Shown: one piece after another, positions 38,591-51,960 of the stretch
Numbering within the stretch: the stretch's first letter is position 1
Layout: every line of letters starts with the position of its first letter
NCBI RefSeq assembly: GCF_963921235.1
Contig: NC_086097.1
Span: 102,178,001-102,242,000 of the forward strand
DNA length: 64,000 nt
Source: Mobula hypostoma
Lineage: Eukaryota
Direction: 5' to 3'
The notes under the pieces: generated by a model
Seen by the model: only the letters and a program-made list of their open reading frames with translations
Told to the model about the DNA's origin: nothing
Databases searched by the model: none
Position numbers and translations under genes: made by a program

Positions 38591-39126
38591 TAGTCATCTT
38601 CTGCACAAGAGGACTGTTCCACTGAACACCACTTGGAAACTTCTGTGGTAGTTAAAGTACATGACATTGAGTAACTCCCATCCACCCCAATAAACGAGAG
38701 CAACCAAATTTTATCTCAGTTACCAAACTGTCTCAATAAGGCAACTGTAAACTAAAGCTCCAATCCAGATGGCTTAACATGTATTACAGATCAATGCGCT
38801 AAAGTAATGCTGAGGGTGCCAATTCCAGACGAGCATTTGAACTGAAGTCCTATCTTGCTGCCTCGAGGAGCCAAGAGTTCTTCCTTAGTATCCTGACCAG
38901 TAATTAACTCCAAAGTACCACCCCAAAACTATATTATTACTTGGTTTGCTGGCTGTTGAATAGTTAGCAATAACTGCACCGTGCAGCTCTCAGATTCTAA
39001 AATACAAGCACTTTCTACATAGGGCAAGAGGTGGGGGATGAGGAATCTTCCCAAAGTTTATAAAAGTAAGTCAATAGTGTTCATGTGCTGCAGAAGGTGA
39101 AAAAAATTGTAAAAGGCAAAACTGAC

Positions 39127-41031
39127 CTCAGTGGAGGAGTTCTGATCAGACAAGACTTGTTGTGGTTGGAGACCATTTGCTTCATTAGAAGTTCCTCCTC
39201 CCTTTCTTGCAGTTTGTATAACACTCTCTGTTGTCTCTTGAACCTCTGAAGAAGTCTCCTGAGCAGACTTTTGACTGCTTTGATTCACTTGGATTTTCTC
39301 ATGTCCTCTCTCCCTCCGGATGTCCTCATTTGTCTGAGTGTGTGCTTGAATGTTCTTGGGTTGAACTAAATCCACCCCAAACAGTTTGTGTTGGTTCTGT
39401 GCACCACGATTTGATGGCATGTTCAGCAATTTTTGGAGCTCTGGCCCATATGCTTGTGGCCAACGCTGGTTGGTGCTTTCTCTAGGGCTACATTCATTTC
39501 CCAGTCTGTGCAGCTCAAAAAGGCAGGGTTTCACTTTTCTTTCCTTGAGGGCACATCGGGTCTGCTTTGCTAAGGGTGTTTGAAACTCAGTCTCCATTTT
39601 GCGTAGCGGGTGTTCTTGCTTATGGCCACCTGTGGACCTCTGCATTCCTTTGATGATCTGCGCATCGGAAGGCTGTTGCAACTGAGATGGTGCTGAAACC
39701 ATCAGATGTGTGGGTGGATCTGGACCCTGGTTTGTCTGAATTCTGTGGAGACCGAGAGACTGGGGTGGCTGTTGGTGAGGGAAGAACTGCTGGAACAGGT
39801 GCTGCTGACATGCAGCTTGTGATGGACGGCTATAAACAGAAAGAAGTGACGGCTGGCGAGATTGATGGAATATATTTAATACTGAGTTTGGCGGCAAGTC
39901 CGGCTTCTGACACTGTCCATATGGAAACTGGAAGAATTGATGATGAATCAAAGTTTCATTACTTGTCTGTGGCTGCTGGAACTCCTGGTGATGCAACAGT
40001 TGAGTCTGCTGGTTTTGGGGTTGGGTCTGCTTGTATTGCCGTTGGTTCTGCTGGTGCTGATGCTGCAGTCTGATCTGTTGTTGGTGCTGATGCTGGAGCT
40101 GAGTCTGCTGGGATGGCAGCTGCATCTGGACATGTGCTTTGGTTGTTTGGTGTTGATGCTGCAGTTGATTGTTCTGCTGAGATTCATGTAGTAGCTGATT
40201 CTGGTGCTGCAACTGGTTCTGCTGGGACTGCTGCTGCAGTTGGGTCTGCTGGGACTGCTGCTGCAACTGGTTCTGCTGGGACTGCTGCTGCAACTGGTTC
40301 TGCTGGGACTGCTGCTGCAACTGGGTCTGCTGGGACTGCTGCTGCAGTTGGGTCTGCTGGGACAGGTGTTGGTGATGATGCTGAAATAGGTTCTGATGGA
40401 TTTGATGCAGTTGTGGTTTTGGTAGCTCAGTTAATAAGTGAATTGGTTGCTTGGCCAGCCTCTTTGCTAAGTGGGCTTTCTCGTCCATCTGTTTTATTGC
40501 ATCCGCAAATAAGCCCAGCTGGGATCCAGTGCCCTTGTTCTCCTGCTGACTTTGGAGAGATTCGTGCAACAAGTGGGTTGAGCTCCCTTGTTTAGCAAGA
40601 GTGTTTAGAAAGGGTCCTGGAGCACTGCTTGAAGCTCCACTACTGGGACAGAAAGGGACTGCACTTTGACTCCATGACACAGCATGGCCAGCTGGCTGCC
40701 AGTTCAGCCCACCCTTGGCAGGCAAGTGATCGACCAGAACGGAGGCTGTCCAGTTTGGTGGCACGGTGCCATCTTTGGTCACATTCTCCTGGTCCATTTC
40801 CACATTCACAGCAGCCACTGGATGGCAGTGCACACCGGTAATGGGGGCTGTGGGTTTGGGGGGTTGTTGTGGCTCGACCATACCCTCCGAGACCCTCACT
40901 TCCCCATGCAACATTCCGTTCCTTCTTTGCCGATTTGGGCTTGGTTGAGTTGCTCTGGTATTCTCAGTGAAAAATGAAATCTGCTTGCCTCTCCGCTTAG
41001 CTGAGCTTTTGCCCGGGGCCTGGGCACTCAT
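39127..41031 (-). CDS. MIDEAS: MIDEAS/ELMSAN1-like, first coding exon (635 codons, Q-rich low-complexity N-terminus)
   Basis: Open frame of about 2 kb. ATG at 41031 has A at -3 (the ORF-track start at 41097 is a GTG). MSAQAPGKSSAKRRGKQISF resembles MIDEAS MNLQAQPKAQNKRKRCLF, and SVIQTARKGGGTSNEANGL resembles GVIQSTRRRRRASQEANLL. Phase-0 donor GAG|GTCAGT at 39127/39126. Confidence 0.85.
40201..40362 (-). repeat. Coding tandem repeat, 6 x 27 bp encoding SQQ(T/N)QLQQQ
   Basis: Six consecutive 9-aa units are visible in both DNA and translation. Confidence 0.95.
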
Positions 41032-41288
41032 GCTTAGAGTGGCATTTATGGCAGTAATTGTGGGTAAGAGTATATTTTGTTTTTTTTTAAGATTCACTCC
41101 TCACCTCTTTCAGTTTTGAGATTGTTGTTCCTTGCAAGCTCAATGTCTCCAATTAAAAATACGGCATCCAAAAGCCAGCAGTGAATCATGAATGTCTGTC
41201 AGAGCTCCACCATACGAAACTAAGTTCCACAGGGGTAACTTTCACTGTCACTAGTCACTTGCAAAGACTCAGAGAGGAACTTGTCAAC
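41032..41288 (-). other. MIDEAS: 5' UTR part of the first coding exon (predicted acceptor at 41289-41290)
   Basis: Minus strand reads tttgacttttgttgttgttccAG|gttgacaag, a pyrimidine-rich tract plus AG 257 nt upstream of the ATG. Confidence 0.55.
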
Positions 41289-42759
41289 CTGGAACAACAA
41301 CAAAAGTCAAACATTAGCAAGTCTATCCTCTGATGCAGAGAAGAATATAATTTTAGCCAAACAACACCACCCCCACCAACAGTGCATAGAACACCTGTCC
41401 CACCAATGGTGCAAAACAGGACAGAAATGTTTTTTAAAAGTTTGGAAAGGATTACTAAAACATCTGACACTAACATGGTTTGCATCACATGCTTAGATTA
41501 TCCTTTCACAGCAAAAAACAACTAGAGAAGACTAAAATATGCGTGGGTTGTGCTCCAGTCTCAACAGCGAAGTTTGGGAGGCCAAAGTCTTGCTGAAAGG
41601 TTCCATCTGCCGAGAGCTAAAACAACTGCTGCTGCCAGATCTTCCGGAACTCACTCCACAGTGCAGCAAATGTGCAGGGCTTCTCCGAGCTCACTATTGT
41701 TGGTGTGATTAGTCTGGCCTGTCGCTGCATGCGCTCTTAGCCTGTGGAATGTGACACAATGCCAGTGCGCAGTTGTACTTCTGCAAATGTAACTCTAAAC
41801 TTTAAAACTAATCGTCACACTGAAGTTTGGATTGCACTTGTTTTCGCCAAAAACGAAGTGCAGTACGAGACACACATGTAGCTGCACCTCTGCAGGACCT
41901 GGAACCCAATCTGAATCAGTTTGGCTTTCTCTCAAATGCTGAGGAATAATATTGTTCATGGCAGCCATGAGGAGGAAGAGGAGGGCAGCAACAGAAGTTG
42001 CATGTTCCACAACCCCCTCCCCCCAACCTCTACACCGCTGGTCAATCCAACGCCTAGCTTGCGTCCAAAGCAGTGAGGAGGAACTGGCTAACTCAGAGTA
42101 GTTGAGGTGAACAGTGTAGGTGCTTTTAACAGGAAGTCACATATATGTACAAAGGAGAAGGGAATAGAAAGATATACCGATAGAGAGATCAAGACAGAGA
42201 TAAAGACAGCCTGACACCCAGGCAGGAATGGCCAATTTGTTTTATTAATTCTATTCAATTCCCATGATCTACAACTGGCAAAGATCATACACAGGAATTA
42301 ACATTTGCACTCCCTTATTTCAGCATTAACCAGGCACAACGTCTCTGAATAATACAGGAGCACTAATTACTGTATGCCTTTTGGCACACAGACTTGTTGC
42401 TGATACAGTGACACTCAACAAAAGATCATGTAAGATATTGATTTTCTTGTTACTTATTTCAGTGGTGCTGGCTGAACATTGAAATTTGCAGACTAGCTGA
42501 ATTTCTTCCTTGCAACAGTCACTACCTGTTGAAAGCAGTTTGGTCATGAAAGGCACTATACAAAAATGCACATTGGTCTGTGAGCACAAGGATAATGGGG
42601 TCTAATCCAACACAAACTGAGGATCAGTGTTTGTACAGCTATCCAAGAACTACCAGTATTTTTACTAGCATGGAAACAACATTTGACAAGGAACATTACC
42701 AAATTATACTGCCCAGGGTCCACAACAAACATTAGAGCACTTTTAAAAAAGCACTGCAA

Positions 42760-44980
42760 ACTATTCTTACCCCAACCCATTTTACTCTCCCCACATCTCC
42801 TTTAACTTCCCTTGAACCCCGACACTCACCAACATCCCAAAGGCCAATTAACTCAGCTACCTGCACACCTTTGAGATGCGAGAGGAAACCGGAACACTTA
42901 AGGGAAACCATGCAGCCACAGGGAGCACATACACTCACACAGACAGACACAGGGAGAACACACACACACACACACACACACACAGTCAGACAGACACAGG
43001 GAGAACACACACTCACACAGACAGATACAGGGTGAACACACACTCACACGAACAGACAGACACAGGAAGAACACACACTCACACAGACAGACACAGGGAG
43101 AACACGCTCACTCACACAGACAGACACAGGGAGAACACACACTCACGCAGACAGACACAGGGAGAACACACACTCACTCACACAGACAGACACAAGGAGA
43201 ACACACACTCACGCAGACAGACACAGGGAGAACACACTCACAGACACAGGGAGAACACACACTCACACAGACACAGAGTGAACACACACTCACAGGGAGA
43301 ACACACACTCACACAGACAGACACAGGGAGAACACACACTCACAGGGAGAACACACACTCACTCACACAGACAGACACAGGGAGAACACACACTCACTCA
43401 CACAGACAGACACAAGGAGAACACACACTCACACAGACAGACACAGGGAGAACACACACTCACGCAGACAGACAGACACAAGGAGAACACACACTCACGC
43501 AGACAGACACAGGGAGAACACACTCACAGACACAGGGAGAACACACACTCACAGGGAGAACACACACTCACTCACACAGACAGACACAGGGAGAACACAC
43601 ACTCACGCAGACAGACACAGGGAGAACACACACTCACGCAGACAGACAGACACAGGGAGAACACACACTCACTCACAAGACAGACAGGGAGAACACACAC
43701 TCACAGGGAGAACACACACTCACTCACACAGACAGACACAGGGAGAACACACACTCACACACAGACAGACACAGGGAGAACACACACTCACTCACACAGA
43801 CAGACACAAGGAGAACACACACTCACTCACACAGACACAGGGAGAACACACACTCACGCAGACACAGGGAGAACACACACTCACGCAGACAGACAGACAC
43901 AAGGAGAACACACACTCACGCAGACAGACAGACACAAGGAGAACACACACTCACGCAGACAGACACAAGGAGAACACACACTCACGCAGACACAGGGAGA
44001 ACACACACTCACTCACACAGACAGACACAAGGAGAACACACACTCACGCAACAGACACAGGGAGAACACACTCACTCACAGGGTGAACACACACTCACAC
44101 AGACAGACACAGAGTGAACACACACTCACACAGACACAGGGAGAACACACACTCACAGGGAGAACACACACTCACACAGACAGACACAGGGAGAACACAC
44201 ACTCACGCAGACAGACACAGGGAGAACACACACTCACGCAGACAGACACAGGGAGAACACACACTCACGCAGACAGACAGACACAGGGAGAACACACACT
44301 CACTCACAAGACAGACACGGAGAACACACACTCACAGGGAGAACACACACACACTCACACAGACACAAGGAGAACACACACTCACGCAACAGACACAGGG
44401 AGAACACACTCACAGACACAGGGAGAACACACACTCACGCAGACAGACAGACACGGAGAACACACACTCACACAGACACAGGGAGAACACACACTCACAG
44501 GGAGAACATACACTCACACAGACAGACACAGGGAGAACACACACTCACTCACACAGACAGACACAGGGAGAACACTCACTCACACAGACAGACACAGGGA
44601 GAACACACACTCACGCAGACAGACACAGGGAGAACACACACTCACTCACACAGACAGACACAAGGAGAACACACACTCACGCAGACAGACACAGGGAGAA
44701 CACACACTCACGCAGACAGACAGACACAAGGAGAACACACACTCACGCATACAGACACAAGGAGAACACACACTCACTCACACAGACAGACACAAGGAGA
44801 ACACACACTCACGCAACAGACACAGGGAGAACACACCCTCACGCAGACAGACAGACACGGAGAACACACACTCACACATACACACAGGGAGAACACACAC
44901 TCACACACACACACACACACAGGGAGAACATAGACTCACACAGACAGACAAGAACACAGTCACACAGACAGCCACAGGGG

Positions 44981-45022
<42 letters not shown>

Positions 45023-45471
45023 GGAGAACATATACACACTCACACAGGGAGAACACACACTCACAGACAGACACGGAGAACACAAAGTCACAGATACAGG
45101 GAGTACATACACTCACACAGAGACAGACACAGGGAGAACACACACTCACACAGATACAGGGAGAAAACACACCCACCCAGACACAGGGAGAACACACACT
45201 CACACAGACAGACACAGGGAGAACACACACTCACACAGACACAGGGAGAACACACACAGCCACAGGGGGAACACACACACACGGAGAACATACACACACA
45301 CACAGAGAACATACACACACACACAGACAGACACAGGGAGAACACACACACACACACACACACACAGACACAGGGAGAACATACACACACACACACAGAT
45401 AGCACTCAGGGTCAGGATCGAACCCAGGCTGCTGGAGCCATGTGGTAGCAAGCCTGCCTACTGCACCACCC
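42760..45471 (-). mobile_element. V-SINE (HE1-like) split by a minisatellite expansion
   Basis: A box ggtggtgcagtagg (45470-45457), B box GGTTCGATCC (45424-45415); the V-domain resumes (ccggtttcctctc) near 42890. Confidence 0.8.
42917..45400. repeat. ~2.5 kb compound minisatellite, unit ~acacagggagaacacacactcacacagacag (about 19-35 bp variants)
   Basis: Direct reading; almost no T on the + strand. Confidence 0.97.
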
Positions 45472-45764
45472 TTCCATCCTTTCTGGAAAATGACTGACAG
45501 GCAAATCCTGGGGGAAATACAGGCACTATCACACACTATGGAGTGATCCTCTTCAGCGGTACTTTTGCAAGATTTAAAAAGTCATAGTTTACTTTGGGCA
45601 AAAGACACCATCCAGTTTCAAACGATTCATGGACTTTATACTAATTCACTTGGCTGCATTAATGGTATTATTGTAGAAACATCCTGCCATGGCGCTCCAA
45701 CTCTCAGCCTACCATCACACTAGCAACAAAGCAAAATAAATGCACAATCTGTGAAACTGAGTAA

Positions 45765-45935
45765 GAACAGGGAATACCAGATATACTCAACAGTCAGAGA
45801 CCATCTCTGGCAACAGAGGCAGTCAATGTGTCAGGCCACATACCTCTAGGAAAGGTCAGCCTGGGGCATTAACTCAGTTTTCCTCTCTCCACAGATGCTG
45901 CCTGCCCTGATGAGTGTTTCCACCAGTTTCTTTTT
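45765..45935. mobile_element. Old Penelope pLTR fold-back remnant
   Basis: ctcaacagtcag...catctctgg versus ccacagatgctgcctgccctgatgagt. Confidence 0.45.
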
Positions 45936-46779
45936 AATGCAGTTGCAATCCCATACTTTCCCTCCACCACCTTCTCCCTTAACAGGAAAATGGAGCCAGA
46001 GACCAGCACTGATTATAACCAAATGTCCGGCACCCACTGATTTGGCTATAGTTTCTGAACTTCAATTACAGCACTATGAACCATTGTACCATCAACAGCA
46101 AGCCGACAATCTGCACACGTGAATTTCTGAGGTGACACTTTCTGCGTTGGTCAATGCGCTGGCCTCGTGCATTCAGCTAAACACTCAAATGGACACGCGA
46201 CTCAGTGGCGTTCAGATCTGGATGCAATTATTGCTGTCTAAGTGGAATTTACATGCCCTCTTGATGGGTTTCCCCAGCTGCTCCAATTTCCAACCACATC
46301 CCAAACACATTCTGGTCAGTGAATTCACTCCTGCAGTAGAGCCAGTCTAAAAGAAAGAATAAGCTGCAGAGATACAGAGAAATAAGGAATCAGAAATTGA
46401 GTCTAATGGGATTGTTCTGCTGGGAGCAATAAGCCACTCAATGGGCCAAATGACCACCTTCTCCTTCATGTTAAACTGGGCAAGGCAGTAAACTCAAATA
46501 GACAAGCGTTATCAGTGTTCCTCTGATGAACTCTGTTCCAAGTCAGAGAGGCAGGGCCGCAAGGCCAGGGAGGTCAAATATCTGCAATAAACCTACCAGG
46601 GACTCTGCTTTGAAACGTCACACTTATTCTGGAAATTCTTCAATTGGTAATTCCTTGACAGCACACTGTTAAAGTAAAGAGAGCTCGTCTGGTTCAATCA
46701 GGAGCAGACCACCAGCCGTGCTCATGCAATACCTGCAGAAGTATATATAGTCTCCATAGCACAAAAACTAAAAGGTGCA

Positions 46780-47222
46780 GAAAAATTGGAAAGGATGAGA
46801 CCAAAACTGTGAGATTATGTGTACAAGGAAAAAACTGAACCTGCTGAAGTTTTCCACCTAGAAAAACTGAAGAGTTCTGAGTGATTCAATAAGGCTTTAT
46901 TATAAAACTTCAATGTGGTAAACTTAAGAGATGCTTCTACTACAGACCAGAAAAAGAGGTCATAAATAAGAAAGCTGTTAATAAATCAGATAAAGAAACC
47001 TCAAGATTTCTTTATTTGGGAAGTGGTTAGAATGCAGAGCACACCACAAGGAAGAGGTGTGGCAAATAACAGGTGTTTCAGGGAAGACGACAGATAATCC
47101 TGGAAGAGGAATGGGAACTGAAGAGGGCATCAAAAGCTGGGAAGAAGTTTTTGTGTGGAATAAACAATGGCAGGCACTGGTTGAGCTGAACGGGCTGTTT
47201 CTAAGTTGTGCATTTTATTGCA
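46780..47222 (+). mobile_element. Ancient CR1 3' fragment
   Basis: Degenerate CR1 tail ...gagctgaacgggctgtttctaagttgtg. Confidence 0.55.
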
Positions 47223-48102
47223 TAATGTCCCACAGCTCCTCACAGGAAAACCAGCATACAAAGCTACACATCAATTCTTCCATCTGCCTGTGTGGTTTGT
47301 AATGAACCACTGCCTGAAAGGAGGGGGAAATGGAACAATTTAAGGAAGGAGTTACAGGCCTTCAACCTCAGATGAGGTGTATCAGCCAACGCCGAGGAAG
47401 ATGCACAAAAAGTTGAAAACGGGGAACATAAGCAATCTTAGTCATTACTAATACCTAAAAACTTTGTGAAGTATCAAGCATAAGGCTGTTATACTAAATA
47501 CCCTATTTGCCTCCATGGACAACCCATACATCAGTCCAAAATATCACAATGTAAAACATCCGTAGTTATTTGGACAATCAGTGTCCTTTATGCAGTCACA
47601 GTACACAGACAATATTCAAAGTAACCCTATTTGATTTGTCTTCCAAATTGATGGGTCAATAGGATAATGTGTTAGATTCAAGTCAGGAGTGAGGTGAAAT
47701 ACTCGCCACTTGCCTGGATGAGTGCAGCTTCAATAACACTCAGGCAACTCTGCACCATACAGGACACAGTAACCCACTCACCATCCAGTGCGTGTCATCA
47801 CTAAAACTCATTAGTCAGCCCTTTCTAAACCCATGACCTCTACCAGGTCTGGTTTCCTCCCACATTCCACAGACCTACGAGCTAGGCTTAGTAACTTGTG
47901 GGCATAATATGTCAGTGCAGGAAGCACGGTGTCACTTATGTGCTGCCCCAGAACATCCTCCACAGAAACGACATGCATTACTGTATGTTACGATGCACGT
48001 GACAAATAAGGCTAATCATTAAAAAAGGCGAGAGCAACAGCAGTATGGGAAGCAACACACACAGAATGCCAGAGGAACTCCGCAGGCAAGGCAGCATCTC
48101 AA

Positions 48103-48140
48103 CAGTCTACATTTCAAGCCAAAACCCTTCAGCAGGACTG
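48103..48140 (-). ncRNA. Decayed hammerhead motif in a Penelope pLTR fragment (~48050-48175)
   Basis: CAGUC-CUGcUGA-AGGGUUUUGGCUU-GAAAU-GUA-GACUG, the same 38-nt layout as 22869-22906. Confidence 0.65.
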
Positions 48141-48799
48141 GAGAAAAAAAAAAGATGAGTCGGAGTTAGAAGGTAGTATGGGAACATCACCACCAAGCCT
48201 CATGGCGCCCTACCTTGGAAATATATCACTGTTCCTTCACTGGAAGTCCTGGAACTCCCTCTCTAACAGCACTGTTGGTATACCCACAACAAGGACTGCA
48301 ACAATTCCAGACAGCTCACCAACACCTTAGGTCAGCTAAGGACGGGCAACTAAAAACCAGCTCAGACTGTGAAGCCAACATCCTTGAATGAATTTTAAAA
48401 AAATGCTGGGCTGCTAAGTTAAATGCAATTTCTGTTCTTTCTGTCATGTTATAGGAGAGGAGACTTCAGGAAAGTAGTACAGACATAATCTGGATCCTAA
48501 TGAGCATTCTCACAGCCATGTCCAAAACTCCGGCTTTGTGCCAACAAATCTAGCAGTTTTCCAACACTCCCAATGTTTCTAACACAGGCACCAATGCCAG
48601 TGGGAAAGCCTGTCCAAAGATCTCACATAATTACCTACCGCTTCAGACTTAAATTCAATATTTTCTTGCAGCCAGACACCCCTAGTTAGGAGAGCAAGAT
48701 CTTTTATTTTGCCACAATTTGCTTATACGGACTGAGTAGTTTGGACTATTGATTTGGAGAATGAATTCACAATCAGTACAACAGCCGGGGTATTAGTGT

Positions 48800-49450
48800 T
48801 ATTTAAATATCTAGAATAAGGCAGCCAGTATTCATGATAGAGGCCATAAAACTACCAGATTGCTGAGAGTTGGGGGAAGGTGACCTACATGATGATTCCA
48901 CACCACCACAGAGTATGGTCTCAAATAGCAGAAGGTGCTGCAGAGCAGTGCCCTGGGACCAACCACCTTCATCTGCTTTATCACTGACATCCCTTCCATC
49001 ACAAAGATGCTGTTGATGGATGCACAAGGTTCTCAGGTGATGAAACGACCATGCCAGCATGCAGCAAGACCTAGGCAGCACCCGGGCATGGGCTGATAAC
49101 ACACAAAAACAGGCAACAACCAACTCGGACAGAAAAGATATGGACCAGTATTTTGGACTGTATTGCAAAGGGGTTGGAATTCAAAAACAACTGTACAGGG
49201 TATTGTTGAGACCAAACTTGGAATACTATGTAGTTTTGATCAAAGAAAAATATAAAAGTATTTGAGGCAGTACAAAGGAGATTCACCAGGCTAATTCCTG
49301 GGATGAAAGGGCTATCTTATCAAGAGAGGCTGGACTGCATGAGTTTGTTTTCCTTGGAATTTAGAAAAAAATGAGGGATGACCTTGTTTAAACATATATA
49401 GAGGCTTGACGAAGTAGATGCTGAGGAGTTTTCACTAGTGAAGTGTCTGG
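48800..49450 (+). mobile_element. Ancient CR1 RT fragment
   Basis: LYRVLLRPNLEYYV and EAVQRRFTRLIPGMKGLSY motifs. Confidence 0.65.
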
Positions 49451-51960
49451 GGAGAAGGGTGGGTGTGGGTGAAACAGGAAGGTAGTGGGTATCCTGGGAG
49501 CTCATTAAGTGCCAGGCTGGGACCAGTTTTGTTTAAACAGTCGATTTTCAGACTAAGCACTATTGAATGTAGAAACAGTTAGAGCCGCATTGCATTCTAA
49601 TAAGTCATTCTTAGAGTATGTTGGGCTGAAGGAAGTGCACCCACGTGCCCAAGTTTCCCAACCACTCAGTAAGACATTACATTAGCCCGTTCAATAGACA
49701 CAAAAGATCCTATATTACTCTTCTGATGAGGTCCACGGAGTTCCCTTCAGTGACCTAACTGATATTAATCCCTTAATCAAGACTAAAACAAATGTCATTA
49801 TCACATTGCAGCCCATGGGATCTCGGTGTGCCCTTATTGGACACTCAATTTCCCATATTTAAAATTAAGAGGTATGTCACTGACTACAAGGCATTTTTGA
49901 GATGTCCTTAGTTTGTGAAAGGCAAAGTGCAAATCACAGTTCATCCTTCCTGCAATTCTTTACCCAGATCCCCAATTCAATGAAACAAATAAACTGTGAA
50001 ATTCTACCCAGAGCAACGGATGGGATTTAATATGCATAGAACTCCAGAAGAACCTTTGTACATTGGATTCCTGAACTTGAGAGAGCTGCTCGGCTGCCAA
50101 AGTGACAGACCGTGGAAACAAGATACCATATTCTTGCCACAACAGCAGCTGTGACCCCTTCCAGATACTTCTCTAGTTACAAAGAGAATTAGATTTACCC
50201 TCCTGGTTTTGATTGCCTGCTTGGGGTGGGAGGTAGTGGGAGAAACTGGTATGTGGACTAATTAAACTAGCAGCATGAAACAGAACTAACTGAGGGCAAT
50301 TTTGCCTCTAAAATGCACGTGGTAGAGCAGGGGAAAAGCCACTTAACTTCTCAAGCCTGTCCTTGTGGTTGTGGCTAATCTGCCCCTACTCTGAATTCCA
50401 CTTCTATGCCAGGTCCCCATTTCCCTCAATTCTCTTCAAAATTTTATTTACCTCCTCTTTAAATGCAACCAGTGAGCTAGCCTTCCCAACTTTCCAGGGT
50501 AGAGTGTTCCAGAAGCTCACCACCCCGTCAGAAGAAATTAATCGAGTTTATAGTGAAGTAGCAAATCTTTCATCCGAACAGGTCTAAGGAGTTTTTAAAT
50601 AAGCACAAGAGTGCTCCAGCCGTTCTAATAATGACCAATTACAAAGCCACCAGTTTCACACATTGGATCTAAAGAAAAGCAATAGGTCCCCCCTGTATTG
50701 TGTTCCGTTCTGGGAGCCAGACATCGGAGGAAATTAGAGACCAGGCAAAAGTACAGAGAAGATTTATGTCAATGGTAACAGAGAAAAGTATCAGTTGTAC
50801 AGAGAAACATGGCATTAGCCTCCTTAAAGTTGATAAGGGGTAGTGATTCCTAAAGATATTTGAAAGTACTGAAGCAGGAAGAAACACTCTGAGTGGACAG
50901 GTTAGTTCAAAACAAGGTGAGGATCAATGGGAACTGACCAGAGGGATGCAGCTACACCTGGAATATGTCGTCTGAAGAGCTGATGGAAACAGATATCACT
51001 GACATAAAAAAGGTATACATATATAGTAAAGCACAAGAATAGGCTGTTCAGCCTGTAAAGTCCGTGCTGACGATGATGTCAATTTAAACTGCACATCTGC
51101 CATAGTCCCTCCCTCACTGTCTGTTCATGTGCCTGTGAAAATGCTGCTTCAACACTGCTAATGTGTTTGCTTCTACCACTGCACCAAGCAGCCATTACAA
51201 CTTTGTGTTAAAAACCTCAAATCTTCTTTAATTGCCCCTCCACCTCCCCTTAAAGCTGTACTCTTGAATAGTATTTGCTATTTCCACCAAGGACCTGACC
51301 AACGATGCTCTCATTATTCTGCAAGCTTCAAATTGCTCTCCCCCAGAAAACAATCCAACACAACACACTCGAGTCCAGGAAGCATCCACATTCTTCCTGT
51401 AATGTACTGACCAGAACTGACACGATGCTCCAAGCGAGGTCCAGCCAAGTTTTAATAGCAGCAACATGACTCTGACTTTTATAATCAATGAGTCAGAATC
51501 AGGTTTAATATCACTGGCAAATGTAAAATATGTTGTTTCGTGGCAGCAGTACAATACACAATATAAGATATAAATTACAATAACTATACATAAAAAAAGA
51601 AAATTAAATTAAATGTAATGCAAAAAGAGAAGAAAGAATTACCAAGGTAGTGTTCATGGGATCATTGTCCATTCAGAAAGAAATACAGTGCCTGTAAAAA
51701 GTACTCATCTTCCTCCCCCTCCCCCTTGAACATTTTCATGTTTTATTGTTTTACAACATTGAATCACAGTGGAATTAATTTGGCTCTTTTGACACTGATC
51801 AACAGAAAAACTCTTTCATATCAAAATGAAAAGAAATCTCTACAAAGTGATCTAAATTAATTACAAATATAAAACACAAAATAATTGATTGCATAAGTGT
51901 TCACTCCCTTTTCAATTGACTGTAGTAAAATACACCTGTATCTGGAAGGTCCAACTGCTG

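Noticed and set aside
39687..40595. Plus-strand Ala/Gly-rich ORFs
   Set aside because: Antisense shadows of the Q-rich coding exon.
41032..41097. N-terminal extension MNLKKK... from the ORF track
   Set aside because: Starts at GTG; the first in-frame ATG with good context and homology is at 41031.
42876..45448. Long 413-444 aa His/Thr-rich ORFs
   Set aside because: Artefact of a T-poor minisatellite that cannot form stop codons.
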